Source: Octopus vulgaris (lineage: Eukaryota). Taken from it: a DNA stretch of 64,000 nucleotides. Shown here piece after piece: positions 14,736-28,879 of the stretch. Numbering within the stretch: the stretch's first letter is position 1; every line of letters starts with the position of its first letter. Both the position numbers and the translations under genes were made by a program. The stretch lies in the NCBI GenBank assembly GCA_951406725.2, contig OX597816.1, forward strand, positions 122,450,001 through 122,514,000, read 5' to 3'. The notes under the pieces were generated by a model. That model ran no database searches. It was not told the origin of the DNA and saw nothing but the letters and a program-made list of their open reading frames with translations.

Positions 14736-17700
14736 GGGACGTTAAACATGTGAGAGCGATAAAACAGTGCTCCGAAATCTATCCACAAACATCGAAAACA
14801 AAGATATCGTATGGAGCCAAAAATTTACTAACAAAGGACTGGACTATATCCGAGTAAGTAATACTCATTGAAATTTATTACTATTTTCGAAACGAAATGA
14901 TGTATTTTAACTCGATATCATCTCCACCTCTAACACAACACATGTAAACATGCGTGATACATTACGATCCATCAACACCAGATCATCCCCGACCCCAAAC
15001 ACCATGTACAAAAAAACTACGAAGAAATTAAATAACACCGATATTATTCAACCCAAGAATAACAATCGGGAAGTACGTACTTTAAACTTACAACACAAAA
15101 TGTACGAAAATCTACACGTGCAAAACAATGTGACAACAGAAATGAACGGACCGGTACCCTTTGAAAATGACGACCGTCAAAATAATGGGCCGGACTTTGT
15201 TCCTCATGTCCCGCAAATAAAACCCAAAAGACATAAAAGGACACGTGAGGAATACATTTCTATCCTACACGCTTACTTCACAGCAGTGCTCTACCCAAAA
15301 AATGAAAACACAACAACACATACATATAAAATATGGAAGGAAAATAACATAAATATAGACTTGGATACAGCAACGAACCCTAATAAACTAGCAAACGTAC
15401 GAAGATACATTCTCAACGCAAAAAAATATTAGAAATAGAAATAGAACATCTAAAAGAAAAAATACATCAGGAAAATGTAGATAGAAGCCACACAACAATG
15501 CCCAATAATATAAACACTGAAGTAGTAAAACACGAAGACAAACGTAACATTCCCAACAAACACGATGTAAAAAAAAACAACAAACCCAGACCGTAAGGAT
15601 GCATAATAATACACGACAAACAGCAAGCCAAAACACGACAAACAAACATACGTGAAAAAAAGTGACACAAATGTAAAACCTGGAAACAACGAAGGGGAGC
15701 CTAATGATTATGATACTATAAAGAGTAGAATAATCAAAGAACTGAAAAACACAGATCTTAAGATGGACCACCGATCATACCTCCCCAAAATCAAAATAGA
15801 CGAAACACAGCATCAATTATAAACAGCATAAACCTAGCCGTCACGGAACTAATAGCCACTGAAACAAAAAGCGATATCACTGAGCTAAATAACCTAATAT
15901 ACGCAGCAGCCACTGCAGCCACAAAAGAAGCTGGATACTCACTCAAACCCATCCAAACAAGAGTACCACCACCCAAACAAACCCCGTGGATAAATAACAT
16001 CCAAAACAAAATACAAAAAAATGGGAAAAGATCTGTCGATTCTTAATGAAGTCAGTAGACAATCAACGCTACTGAGCAACAAAAAGAAAACAAAAATATT
16101 CCGCAAATACAACATCACAGAAAAAGATTTACCTGAGAAAAAAGAAAAACTAAAGCAAGATATCCTTACCAAAGCACAAAGGATCCGCCGGTACGAGAAA
16201 CGCCAGCGCTTTTTTGAACAAAACAAAAAGTTCAACTCCAACCCCAAAAAGTCCTACCAAGAACTTGGCAAAAATAAAATAGAAATCACTGCAGCACCAA
16301 CGGCAGAAGAAGTGGAAGAATTCTGGAGAGAAATATGGTCAGCGAACGAACAACCAAAAAAAAGGAGTATTAAAACAACAAACTCAGCATCTGAACAACT
16401 TTGGACCCCTATAACAACTGAAGAGGTCACCCAGGCACTGCAAAGACTAAGCAACTGGAAGGCACCTGGGCATGACAAGATCCCAACTTCTGGTTGAAAT
16501 ATCTGACAGGAATGCACAAAAACCTTAACAACATACTAGCAGAGCCAGAGACAATGCCAGAATGGCTCACGAAGGGGAAAACCATCTTAATTCCCAAATC
16601 AAATGAGACAGCAAAACCAGAAAACTACAGACCTATAACCTGTCTCCCTACAATGTACAAGGCATTTACTGCAGTGATATCGCAAAGGTTGAACAAGCAC
16701 CTGGACGAAAACAACCTGTTTCCAGAAGACTAGAAAAGCTGCCGCAAAGGCTGTAAAGATCAACTAATGATTAATAAAGCCATAACTGAAGACAGCCACA
16801 GAAAGAAGAAAGGCCTCAGTATGGCCTGGATCGACTACAAAAAGGCGTTTGATAGCATCCACACATGGATCCTCGAAACACTAGCCATTAACAAAGTAGT
16901 ACCAAAAATTATAAAATTCATAGGACACTCTATGAATAAATGGCAAACAGTGCTACAGCTCCAAACAAAAGAGGGACTCATGAAAACCAAAGCTATCCCC
17001 ATTAGAAGAGGAATATTCCAGGGAGACACGCTCTCTCCACTCCTTTTCTGCTTGACACTGTCACCTCTGTCTGATATGCTAAATAGAACTGGATGCGGAT
17101 ATAAATGTTACGGCAAAACGATCAGCCACCTTTTATATATGGATGACCTAAAACTATACGCTGCAAATGACAAACAGCTGGAAACACTATTAAAGACAGT
17201 TCATGGATTTACCAAAGAAATAGATATGAAATTTGGATTAGAAAAATGCGCCAAAGTAACCATGAAAAGAGGAAAACTAGTTAAGTGTAGCAACATCACA
17301 CTAGATAAAACCAATGAAATAAAAGAATTAGACCAAAGCCAAACTTACAAATACTTAGGAATCCATGAACTAGATAAGACACAACACACACAAATGAAAG
17401 AGAAAATAAAAAAAGAATATTATAGACGAGTTAGATCAATACTAAAAACAGAGCTCAATGCTAAAAACAAGATAATATGTATTAACACTTTAGCTGTCCC
17501 AGTTATAAGTTACAGCTACAATATCCTTAACTGGACACTAAATGAACTGACGAAAATAGATAGGAAAACAAGAAAAATAATGACAGGATCTAGGATGCAT
17601 CACCCAAAATCTGACATAGAAAAACTATATATACAACGTATAGAAGGTGGTAGAGGCCTTATACAGCTGGAAAACGACTATAAAATAACCACCATAGGAC

Positions 17701-18710
17701 TGCAAAAATATCTACTTCAGAAGGAAGGAAAACTGATACAAATAGCGGCAAAACACGAGCAAAACAAAAAACTGTTCTCAGTATTTAAGGACGCTGACAA
17801 ATACAAACAACAAATCATACCACCTAACAAATATGAAGAAGAAGAAGAAGATGAAGAAACAACAAAAGCTATAAAACAAATGAAATCCAAACTAAAACTA
17901 GAACAGCAAAGAACCATGATAAAACGATGGCAAGAAAAGCCCCTTCATGGTAAATACTGGACTAAACTAAATGCAAAAGAAATAGACAAAGAAAAATCCC
18001 AGCAATGGTTGAGAAGCTCAGGACTCAAAGCAGAGACAGAGATACTTTTAATTGCAGCACAAGACCAAAGCCTCCCCACCAGAAATTACCAAAGACATGT
18101 AATGAAAAGAAATATAACAAGTAACTGCAGAATATGTGGAGATGGACAAGAAACAATAAATCATATTATCTCTGGCTGCCCAGTCCTGGCTAAGAAGGAA
18201 TATATTCATAGACATGACAGAGTTGGAACCTACATATACTAGAAGCTATGCCAACATTATGGAATAACAACAGAAAAAAGATGGTATAGGCACACACCAG
18301 AAAAGGTCACAGAAAACGAGAAAGCAACCATACTCTGGGATATGCCGATACACACAGACAGAGAAATTAAGGCCAACAGACCAGATATAGTTGTCAGAGA
18401 TCTTGAAGAAAAAAATGCTTTCTAATTGATGTATCAATACCGGCAGATGACAACGTTTCTCTAAGAGAAATGGAGAAACTTTCAAAATACAAAGACCTGG
18501 AAATAGAGGTAACCAGAATGTGGAATCTAAACACAGAAACAATTCCTCTCATAGTAGGTGTATTAGGCATGATAAAAAAATATTCAGACAAATACATAAC
18601 AAAAACACCAGGACTTACAAACACATATAACATACAGAAAATTGCACTACTAGGCACTGCACACATCCTACGCAGAACACTTTCCATACAATAACCATCA
18701 AAACTACTGA
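14736..18710 (+). mobile_element. Near full-length R4/Dong-like LINE (frameshifted pseudogene)
   Basis: Fragmented single ORF from 14950 to 18694: NWKAPGHDKI, YRPITCLPTMYK, WIDYKKAFDS, QGDTLSP, YMDD, CCHC, RHD, NRPDIV, KLSKY. Highly similar to the 6803-8630 copy and flanked by (TAA)n. Confidence 0.95.
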
Positions 18711-18733
18711 ATAATAATAATAATAATATATTA

Positions 18734-18836
18734 GTGTTCGACCATATCACGTTGAAACACTGGTTGTCGTCCGATCACCGAAGTTAAGCAACGTCAAGAC
18801 TAGATCGTAGAGTATTTCTAAAGTTTCCAGGTGTTT
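18734..18836 (+). pseudogene. 5S rRNA pseudogene or 5S-derived sequence
   Basis: cgaccatatcacgttgaaacactggttgtcgtccgatcaccgaagttaagcaacgtc matches about the first 65 nt of invertebrate 5S rRNA including the A box. The 3' half is degenerate (ccaggtgtt remnant). Confidence 0.8.
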
Positions 18837-19008
18837 CTTCTTCTTCTTCTTCTTCTTCTTCTTCTTCTTCTTCTTCTTCTTCTTCTTCTTCTTCTTCTTC
18901 TCCTTCTTCTCCTCCTCCTCCTCCTTCTTCCTCTGCTTCTTCTCCTCCTTCTCCTTCTTCCTTCTCCTCCTTCTTCTTCTCCTCCTCCTCCTTCTTCTTC
19001 TTCTTCTT

Positions 19009-19039
<31 letters not shown>

Positions 19040-19052
19040 TTATTATTATTAT
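18836..19052. repeat. (TTC)n/(TCC)n/(TTA)n compound microsatellite
   Basis: Direct reading. Confidence 0.95.
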
Positions 19053-20128
19053 TCCGTAACACAGTGTAGGTAAATATGCACCGAGTCTTTAGTCATCTGT
19101 CAAGTCACAAGGACCTCAGACAGATAATACTTTCCTTAAGATGTTCGCTGTGCCCAATAAGGTTGCTTTTTGCAAGAGATCGATCTTGCATGGAATTTCC
19201 AGTTGCCTTAAGAAGTCTTGAAGTTTCAATGGGATTGAGCCTAACGCTCCGATCATCACCGGTACCACTTTTACATTACCCTCTCGCATTCCATACAGTC
19301 TTGCCATTTCCGCTTTCAATTTGGTGTAATTGGTAATTATTTCAACCTCTTTACTCACAACATTGATGTCATTTGGTATGGCTACATCAATGATCTGACA
19401 ATATTTGTCTCTCTTACTCAATATGACAATATCCGGCCCACGGTGTTCGATTACACGGATCAGTCTGAAAATCATAGTCCCAGAGTGTCGTTACTTTTCC
19501 ATCCTACTGCACAACTTTACTTGGTACATGCTCATACCAGTTCTCTGTTACTTCGTATTGGTATTTACGGTATAAGAGCCAATGAAGATACACACACATT
19601 TCATTATGGTGGTGCTTGTATTCTTTTTGTTCAAGGATCTCACATCCACTTACCAAGTATGTCAAATTTTCCATACGCTTTCCACAGAGTCTGCATTTCT
19701 GGGTGTCAGAAGTTTTATAGATATTATACTTCACTGAATTGGTAGAGAAAGTTTGTTCTTGTACATCAATGATCAGGCTTCCATTGGTACGCTTCAAATC
19801 AATTCGCTTAAGCCATGCCCACGATGCTGTATTATCCTTAACGTCCTATGTATTCCTTTCAAACTGTCCATGCATTCCCATTTCTAGATGGTCTTCTTTT
19901 ATCTTCTCCTCAGCTCTTTGGTTAAACTCTTCTTTGCCAATCATTTCGTCTGCATTTACACCCATATTTTTCGTGGCATAGTACAGCAAGTTTTCATGAC
20001 TATTTATCAAATACTCAGCAAGCGTTCTCCTTTCACTCCTTATACAATGGTCTTTACTAATTAGTCCTCTGCCACCATTCTTTCTTTTCCTATACAGTCT
20101 CTTTACGTTTGATTTAGGGTGTAGCAGC
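19053..20128 (-). mobile_element. Second family of REL-type LINE, 3' fragment
   Basis: LHPKSNVKRLY...GGRGL, MHGQF, CRLCGKRMENLTYLVSGC, HRGPDIVI...IIDVAIP...IGALG...LLGTANILRKVL. The 3' end abuts (TAA)n. Confidence 0.85.
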
Positions 20129-20880
20129 CTTTCTACAAATTTACTTGATCGAAGCACATCCCTCTCCATCCTCACCTTCCTTTTCAGATGGAATTTTAAA
20201 AAAGCCGATGAGAACTTCGCCGAAATGGTATCTCTTATAAATCCTTCCAGTCTTGTCAACCACACAATCACTTTCGCCACATCCACTACAGAAAATACTA
20301 CTTGATCTTCCTGACCATATGAAAGTGGAATAACGATCATCACGATGGAATCGGCCGACAGCCGGATCCTTCCTACAGTATTTGTGTGATATAATACGTC
20401 AAACAGCTATATTCGAGCACCGGGCGAGCGTGTGCAGAATTGTTTCATCGCTGTGCATGCATCTCGGAAAGGGGCAGCTGATGGCATTATCATGCCTATA
20501 GAGTTTACTTTGAACTGGTCGTGCTCCTCCATGCCATATTCTCCAGTAGCGCTGCTAGGCTGGGAACTTTTCGAAATTAACTATGATCCTTGGCCCGAAA
20601 GTCCTCCGATAAAAATCAACCTTTTGATTATCATCGACACCCAAAGTTTCCTTGAAAATGTACCCCTCGCTCTTACCCACCACTGATCCTCTATGGAACG
20701 ACATGGTGGAACATCCATCGATTACACTGTCCGACTGGCAGAGGCTGTGACGGCCTGAGGATGCTCATGCTCCAAGTGCGACCAGTACTTTCTGAGTCAA
20801 AGCATTGATGTAGCCATGATGTTCTGTTGATCTCAAGGGCTAGCCTGCAATACTACTGTGCGATGTGTAGTATGCATTTT
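20128..20880 (-). mobile_element. Tx1/L1-clade LINE 3' fragment (zf-RVT and C-terminus)
   Basis: TFGPR...KLYRH...PRCMHSDETILHTLARC...VAKVIVWLTRL...FLKFHLKRKVRMER. Resembles the 57340-58457 element. Confidence 0.65.
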
Positions 20881-21640
20881 GGAGCAGATAGGTAAAATAT
20901 TTTACTATATACTGAAATTCTTATCACATGATGAAAGCCGTCATCACACGCATATCAAATAGATAAATAAATTCACCTTTCATTCGTTGCATGAACTTTA
21001 TCATGCATATATTTATATAAAAAAAAACGAGAAGAAAATGCTTTGAGATTTTTATTATGAATAACACAAAGAAAATGTTTACATTTTCGTGAAAATGTTT
21101 GTAAGGATTCAATTATTTCTCAGTCAGCTCTCCCAAAACGTAAGAAGGTGTGGGGAATGAATTGAAGAAATAAAATTATCTTTCGTGATATCATTTGGTA
21201 GTTCACATGTTTTTCTTACAAAATTCATACGTTGCTGGTCTTTGGTCTGCATCTGACGGCTGTTCTGTCGTAATTCTATTAGTAACAGTTTTGATATTTG
21301 CTAAAGCTGACGTAATTAGTGTAGTAACAATTTTAGCGTTTAATACTAAAATTAAATTGGCCCAATCAAAAGGAAACCAATGACAAAGAAAGACATGAAT
21401 AAATCGGCTTATCCACAATTGAAACCGGTAGCATATTTTGATAAAATATGCATTCGCTTCTCTTTCATGAGGAAGTTCTCAAAACAAATATTGTCTTCTT
21501 TTTCGCTTTATGTATGCATGTATGTATGTATGTATGTATGTATGTATGTATGTATGTATGTATGTATGTATGTATGTATGTATGTATGTATAAATATGTA
21601 TATGTATGTGTATATATATATATATATGTATATATGCATG

Positions 21641-21710
<70 letters not shown>

Positions 21711-23479
21711 ATGCGTGCGTGTGTGTGTGTGTGTTTGTATGTCTATGTATGTAGATATCAGCGTGAATTATGCATAAATGTGTATATTACTTACCCTTCT
21801 GGGAATGTCGCATGTTATGAATATTAACATACATTGATGCACCAAAGTTTAAACTTACTTTGTAGTCATATTTATCGGGCATACTTTGAAATGAATCCAA
21901 ATAGTTTCCACTCAAACCCATTAAATCAAGTGCGTTTAAGGTTACTCTGAAGTGAGTACACAATGAATACAACACCATATGAAATGAATAATAGTAATAT
22001 TTAAATATAAGCTACAGAGTATCAAAGATTAAACGTGTTCATAAAATCGTCCTATTTCACTATTCATTTTGAAATTATATCTTCTATTAATTCGTTCACT
22101 AATCCTTACAATGAAATCGAAACTTTCACGCAGTGTGACTGAGACACTACTGTTTGTATAGTCTTATATTATTCGTTCTCAGTTCGATCCTACTGTATAA
22201 CATCTTAGCCAAATATCTTCAACCAAAACTCTGTGTCGCCCAATGTTTCCGAGTAACATTGAATCGACTGCAACTGTGGAAGGCTATCATATGAACTTTC
22301 CATATTCTTAGCCGGTGGAATTCAGCCAGCGACCGATTTAGTGCTGTCCAGTTTTAAAGAAATATTTAAGCTCGATTCCAGATTTACGGAGATAACTTCA
22401 TATATTTCTTAATGTACAAATTCTTGCTGCAGCAACTTACGAGTAGCTCGATCACCTCAACCAATTTCAGAGAAATTGGCTAAGCCATAAAGATAATTCA
22501 CAAGTCATATAATAAGTGGTAAAAGTCCAAACAAACCATAAATACACTATGCAATAAATCAGTTAGCACGTAAACACTATATTGCAAATATCGTCTAACC
22601 TCCACAAGATGGTCTAGACAACGTAAACATACATATATGCGCACTCACATTTATATAAATGCACGTATATGTACACATGCACGCACACACATATATTATC
22701 TAAACACATATACACACACATACAAATGTATGTTTTCTGGCGAATTATCTTCCTGCTATATTCAGTGTACTTTACTTTCTTTAAATTTGATATTGTCTGC
22801 TTTATTGTTTTCTGAAGCGGATTTTCAAAATACCGATCAATTATTTCCGCCACATTTCAATATTTCTGTGTATTAATTTATTACTCAGATGTAAGGCTTA
22901 CAAAATCTAGAGTGGAATTATTTATATTTAATTTCAAGTTGCTTCTAAATTTCAATGAGGTGCTGTTAAAATTGAGAGTAACAGGATTATAAGATGCAGA
23001 ATCAAGATTGTTCTCCTTTTAGAACTTGAAATATTGGGGCATATTCCTGGAACGTAAATGATTGAGTGACTGATAGTGAGGTAGAGAGAATCTGAAGAAT
23101 TTAACGTTCTGGAAAGAAGTAGAAAGCACTCTGAGTGTTATAAAGAGAACCTGTGAAGATCAGGTATCTGTTTCAGCTGGCTAGATTCGAAAATAATCGT
23201 AAATAGTGACTATTTGTTTGAAGTTGTTTGGTTGGGCAGGGATGCAGGAGGGTCTAGGAATATTACTTCTGTTAATCCGAAGGAGTGGATTTGGAGGCTC
23301 GCACCTTCACTCTGGTGTTGGTTTATGCAACGACACGAGCTTGCTGGACAGTTAAGTTCAAGTATTCTGCATACATAGCATATGCTATCATAGCAGGATA
23401 CAAGATAGAAAGATCTAAGACTGGGAAGCTTTCAGACTGTAAGATGCATAAAATCACCATTTCATTTTCTGACCGTGTC

Positions 23480-23940
23480 ATGTGGTGTTGGGTAGACTCA
23501 TGTTAGTTTGGTGGTAGTGGTAGATGTAGTGGGTAATTTTCTTCAGGATTGGATGCAGTGTTATAGCAGATAAAGCACAGGTGGTTTATGACATTATGGT
23601 TGAGGTATGTAAAGGAACAGTGTGAGGATAATGGTGTCCGGAATCTAATGTCTTAGGTTTACTTATCGCTGATCAGTTAACAGACGTGAAATATCAAAGA
23701 TGCAAGGAAGCATACCTGTTTTCTCTATTTGGTAGTGATCTGACTGTCCAATGAGTATGAGTGAAGGTTGAATTTACCATGAGAAATGGATGAAAAATAG
23801 GTAACGTGTGAGTGTGTTTGCCAAGGATACAAGTTGATAAAGAGACAGGTCAACATTGTGAATGATCTGAATCTGTTCCAAAAGTTCCCTGAGGGGAGAT
23901 GTGCATGAGTATGATATTGTGTATAGTGAAGATATCAAAT
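23480..23940 (-). mobile_element. Very decayed LINE AP-endonuclease remnant
   Basis: Faint APE-like motif pattern on the minus strand, including an SDH-like GQSDHYQI. Many stops. Confidence 0.3.
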
Positions 23941-26900
23941 GCGATTATTAAAAAAAAATATGGGTAGCTGCTTTTGTTAGTGTAGGCGATAAAACGTTTT
24001 TGGATAAGTGTACAGGTAGGAAATCCTAAATTATTGTTTAGAAATCTTAGAACGAAGGTAAATACATGACGATGTTGCCGAAATATTCGAGTAAGAGAAT
24101 TAAGTATTTCTAGGAAGAGCGAATTCTGCAGATATTACAGATATTACAGACTGCAAATATTACAGACTTTAAAACTATCTCTCTGTAATGAAAAGGATTA
24201 AACTCTTATTACTTATTGTAAAAGAAGGTATATCTAGTTTTGTGTTGAACGAGCTGTAGATGAGGCTCCACAAGGATCCATGAACATTTGCAAGGAAGAC
24301 AGAGAAATTGTTATAATACATATTTTTCATTCTTTGATTTGGTTTTCATTTGTTTCAGTATCCAATGTGGAAGAGTAAACCGTGATTCATTATTTTTCAT
24401 TAACTATTTCTTCATTTCTTGCAAGTCTGTGGGTAGGACATTTGATATTTTGTGTGTTTTCATGACCTTATGTGCATCGGTGTATTAGTACGTTTGGAAT
24501 CTAATAGTAGATGAAACAGCGGCATATAGATAAAATGAAGTACTCTTACAAAGAACTAAACTATACGAAGAGAACAAAGGTGATGAAATTCTAAGCATCG
24601 CAGAGAAGCAAAATGCAGCATATACATCTGAAAAAATAATCTATGCAACAGCATGCTGAAGATGTGAAGAAAGCTACATAGAACAAACAAGGATGTGATG
24701 AAACCGACATCAGATAAACATGGATATCATGGAAGCAATGCATGACACAGCGTAGAATCGAAATGAAAATATGGGAATACAAACAAATAGGACTCAATGA
24801 ATATATCGACGCACATGTAGGAAAGAAAGAAACAAATTAATGTACTGATTTAACGATTGAACAACATCATAACAACGCATCAACGAAGAAACTATTAATA
24901 CTTTCATAATCAAATACCCACCACGTATAAATATCTGTGTGACAGAAAGGGAGACAACGACTGCTACCCCTACAACCTTGCTATTAGTTAAACTGACGTA
25001 GTTGCTGCTACGTGTGTTGCAGTTCCTTCTAGTAAAAGATATTCCTTAATGACAAAGAACAACTATTTCTGTTTGACTGCTTCTATGACCCAGCAGAAGG
25101 AAACGAACTGCCAATACAATGCCATCTTTGTAAAAATACCTGAACTTCCAGGATTAATATCATGGCAAATTAATTTAATTTATTTTCCCTTTCCTCCCAA
25201 CATAAGATTGGTGGTATATTTTCAAAAATGTATATACTTTCTTTTATCCGTGATGGAGTTTTCAAACCACTTTCCTTTTATTTTTTATATAAATTTACTG
25301 GTGAATCTTCTTAACCTTTTCAATGTGTGTGTGTGTGTATGTGTGCCTATGTATATATAAGTACAGAGTGAGTAGTAAAAATAGGCAAAGTGTACAAGAC
25401 TATATAAACGTATGAAGAAACGAGAAATTGGATTCAATGAAATGGATGAAAATATATAAGATTAAGAGGAGAAAGAACGCTTGAACGTAGTCACATAAAT
25501 GCTGGTACCGAAGCTGGAGTTGAGGCAGTTGTACAATATAAAGTTGGATAAAAAAGGGAGAATTATTGATTAATGAATTTGACACATACATTTAGTGAGA
25601 AGAATTTAGAAATAAATTCATTATCAATTTTATGTGAAGAGGTGATGTTATGTGGATTTATTATGCGCAACACGTCTTGTTATGTCGTTATATTCTTGTA
25701 CAGATAGTTAAATCTTTACATGATGAAAATCTCATGCATCGATGAACCTGTTGTATAAGGAAGAGATGACGTGTATTGCTATTTACTTGTCAGTTCTGAA
25801 GAGTTGAAGAGTTTAAAACTATCAAGGGTCACTCTACTGCCTAACACATGTTCTGTGCGTATTCATTTATATATTGCAGATCAATGTGTATAAGGGTGTA
25901 TTAATCCAAGTCGGTATATCTAGATGTAGGTAAATGAAAACGTGACGACTGAGATTTATTCAATATTTACATAGCTACTAGACAGCTTGTTACATCAGTT
26001 AGAAATAAAACAAATTTTTCAATGAGGCGAAACCAATACTCGTGTTCTCAATATAAAACAACTTCTCTAGGTTGTAGTTATACAACCTAGAGAAGATATA
26101 GTGTACATGAAATTTAGATAAATATTCTCAAAGAGAATGAATTACCTGAAAAGATAAGAACAAAGTGTTACAAAAAATATGATGAACAATATATCTCTAT
26201 GGATGAACTTATCAATAAAGTCATGAAGGTGTTGATGGTATTACGTGTCGTCAAAAGTAGTAAAATGCAGGAGAAAACGTCCTAATATTTTGCTTAGAGT
26301 TCATAGCCTTCTACAGTTGACGTTACATTTAATACCTATTTTGCAATTAGCTGCCGTCAGTGAAAAGTTACCGAGAAGAAATTTGAAGATCAGGATATCA
26401 AAAATACTTACGAAAGAGAGAAACAAGAGAATCTATTGAAGCAAATAAAAAAGCTGAAATATAGCCAATTTCTATGAAAATAGATTAATTCCACAGTATT
26501 GGAATACTTATCTTTATTGTTCCATCACGAACTAAAACCCTTAAGTACTAGGTTGAATGTGTCATACTATTAGCCATCAAGTGAATATGGATAGCTATAC
26601 TTTTTTATGACTGATAGCTATACTTTTTTATGACTGAGACAAAAATCGTAGGAGTGAGTAGAGCTACTTTAAGCATACACTTATAGATCGGAAAGTTACA
26701 TTTGAGAATTAGTCTGTACCACTGATGGTTAGAAAGATCGCTGATATATAGGGTTCATTAAATGGCTCTAATTGAACGACATTCTGTATGAGAAGGTATT
26801 TTATATTTTGTATACATTATATGTATTTTTAGCTTGTGCCTCTTCCATTCCTTTTTCATCCGATTTTCTTACAATTTTGCACATTGTAATCTGTTTTGAA

Positions 26901-27106
26901 ATGCATTTTCATCAAACACCCATGAAGCAAATAAGATATCTCATCTTCATCATTATGATCTTTGTCGACATTGCCATCATCGCCGGCATCGTCGTCATGA
27001 TGATGAGGATGTTATAGATGATGATAATGATGATATGATCATCATCATCATTGTAATTAACATAGTTACCTTTCTTCTTGTTATTACGATTCTTTTTATT
27101 ATTCTT

Positions 27107-27314
27107 AAGGCGGCGAGCTGGCAGAATTGTTAGCACGCCGAGTAAAATGCTTAGCGGTATTTCGCCCGTCGCCACATCCTGAGCTGAAATTCTGCCGAGG
27201 TTTACCTTTCATCCTTTAGGGGTCGATAAATTAAGTACCAGTGAAAAACTGGGGTCGATGTACTTGACTAGTCTCTCCTCCAAAATGTTAGGCCTTGTGC
27301 CTTCAATAGAAAGG

Positions 27315-27316
<2 letters not shown>
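27107..27316 (+). mobile_element. SINE family B with Nin/Deu-like domain and (ATT)n tail
   Basis: ggcggcgagctggcagaa head and ctttcatcctttaggggtcgataaattaagtaccag (Nin-like). Ends tagaaaggattattatt. Confidence 0.75.
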
Positions 27317-27383
<67 letters not shown>

Positions 27384-27384
<1 letters not shown>

Positions 27385-28850
27385 GTATTGCCCTTGCACA
27401 GCCTCTAACGCTGGAGATGTATTACTGTGTCAGTTGTTCACTACCAGTGAACTAAGGTAACACCTCTTATTTTTCGAGCACCTTCCGGAGTATTCGAGCG
27501 GTTCCAAGCAGTGCTGTTTCTGCAAGTGCTCCACTCCTATTGCAGCCCCTATTTGTTCCACGTACTTCTCGAAATTTTTGTTCACTGTTCCCAGGGCACC
27601 GACTATTACTGTTACTACTGCTACCCTTTTCATCGACCACCACTGCTTAACTTCCCAAACTAACCTGTCATATCTCTCGACTTTTCTTTTTTCCTTATCG
27701 CATACCTTCTTGTCAGCTGGGCATAGTCTCAATTAAGACTATGTCTGGTTACCTATTCTCTATCTCATGGTCGCACTGAAACATAAACTCCCATAGGATC
27801 TTTGCATTTCTATTTTCGACGATGCTTTCAGGTTTGTGGTCGTACCAATTTTTGCTCTGTGAAGTCAATACTTGTTGCAAAGTATCCAATGGACAAGCCT
27901 TGCTATATTATCGTGGCGTCTCTTATATTCCTGTTGGGCTAGTGGCGTACGGTGGTTGGTAATATGCCATACGGTTTCACCGTTTTGTCCACAGATTCTG
28001 CACTTATAACTTTCTGCTGTGTTGTTTTCGGTATTTTATGTAGTTTGTTCTTAGTGCTTGCCCTTGGGCAGCACATAACAGAGCTAACCCTAACCCTAAC
28101 CCTAAATCATTTTTAGTCATCTACAGCCGTCTTTTTTCTCTGTCTGTCTTATCTTCAACATCCCTATGAAATTGTCCATGCATTCTTTTCTTTACCCACC
28201 TATTTTCAGTTTCATTCATTTTCAATTTCTTGTATAGTGATTTGTCTTTGCAATCTTTCATCCTACACAAATCTAACCTTCTTACTTCTAATAATAGTGG
28301 TTCTGTGGCATTTTTACATACCATGCTATGTTGTTTTCTCCTGCTCTAATGCTGTGTTCGCAGCCAATAAGCCCTCTTTCCCCTCTTTTTCTTGGTACAT
28401 ACAGTCTGTCTGTGTCACTTTTTGGGCGGAGTGACTCATATCTAGTTAGCAACTTCCTTGTCTTTCTGTTTAGTTTGTCTACTGTCCCTGCAAGTACCCC
28501 TGATCCATATCTAAGGAGTGAAACCGCCCAGGCGTTGATAGCTTCGATCTTATTCCGTCCGTTCAATTTCAACTTTAGGATCAGTCCCAGTCTGCGCAAG
28601 TATTCTACATTAATTTTTTCTGTCATTTCTTTCTCCATCAATTTATCCATTTCCAAAATCCCCAAGTACTTATAGCCCGTCTCTTCTACTTGCTTCATAA
28701 CCTCCCCAAACGGTATTGTTAGCCCGGTCATACATTTGATTTTGTGTCTCTTCGAGACTAAAGCACCACACTTTCTCCATTCTGATATCAGCACTGAAAG
28801 TATACACCGTATCAATGAGGGTACTGACTTGATTTCCTCCTCCTCACCAT
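27384..28850 (-). mobile_element. Third family of REL-type LINE, 5'-truncated and decayed
   Basis: GYKYLGILE...NKIEAINAWAVSLLRY...PKSDTDRLY, MHGQFHRD, CRICGQNGET, RRHDNIAR, VIVGALG. Bounded by (ATT)n/(ATC)n. Confidence 0.85.
28084..28105. repeat. Interstitial telomeric repeat, (CCCTAA)~3.5
   Basis: ctaaccctaaccctaaccctaa. Confidence 0.8.
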
Positions 28851-28879
28851 CATCATCATCATCATCATCATTATTATTA

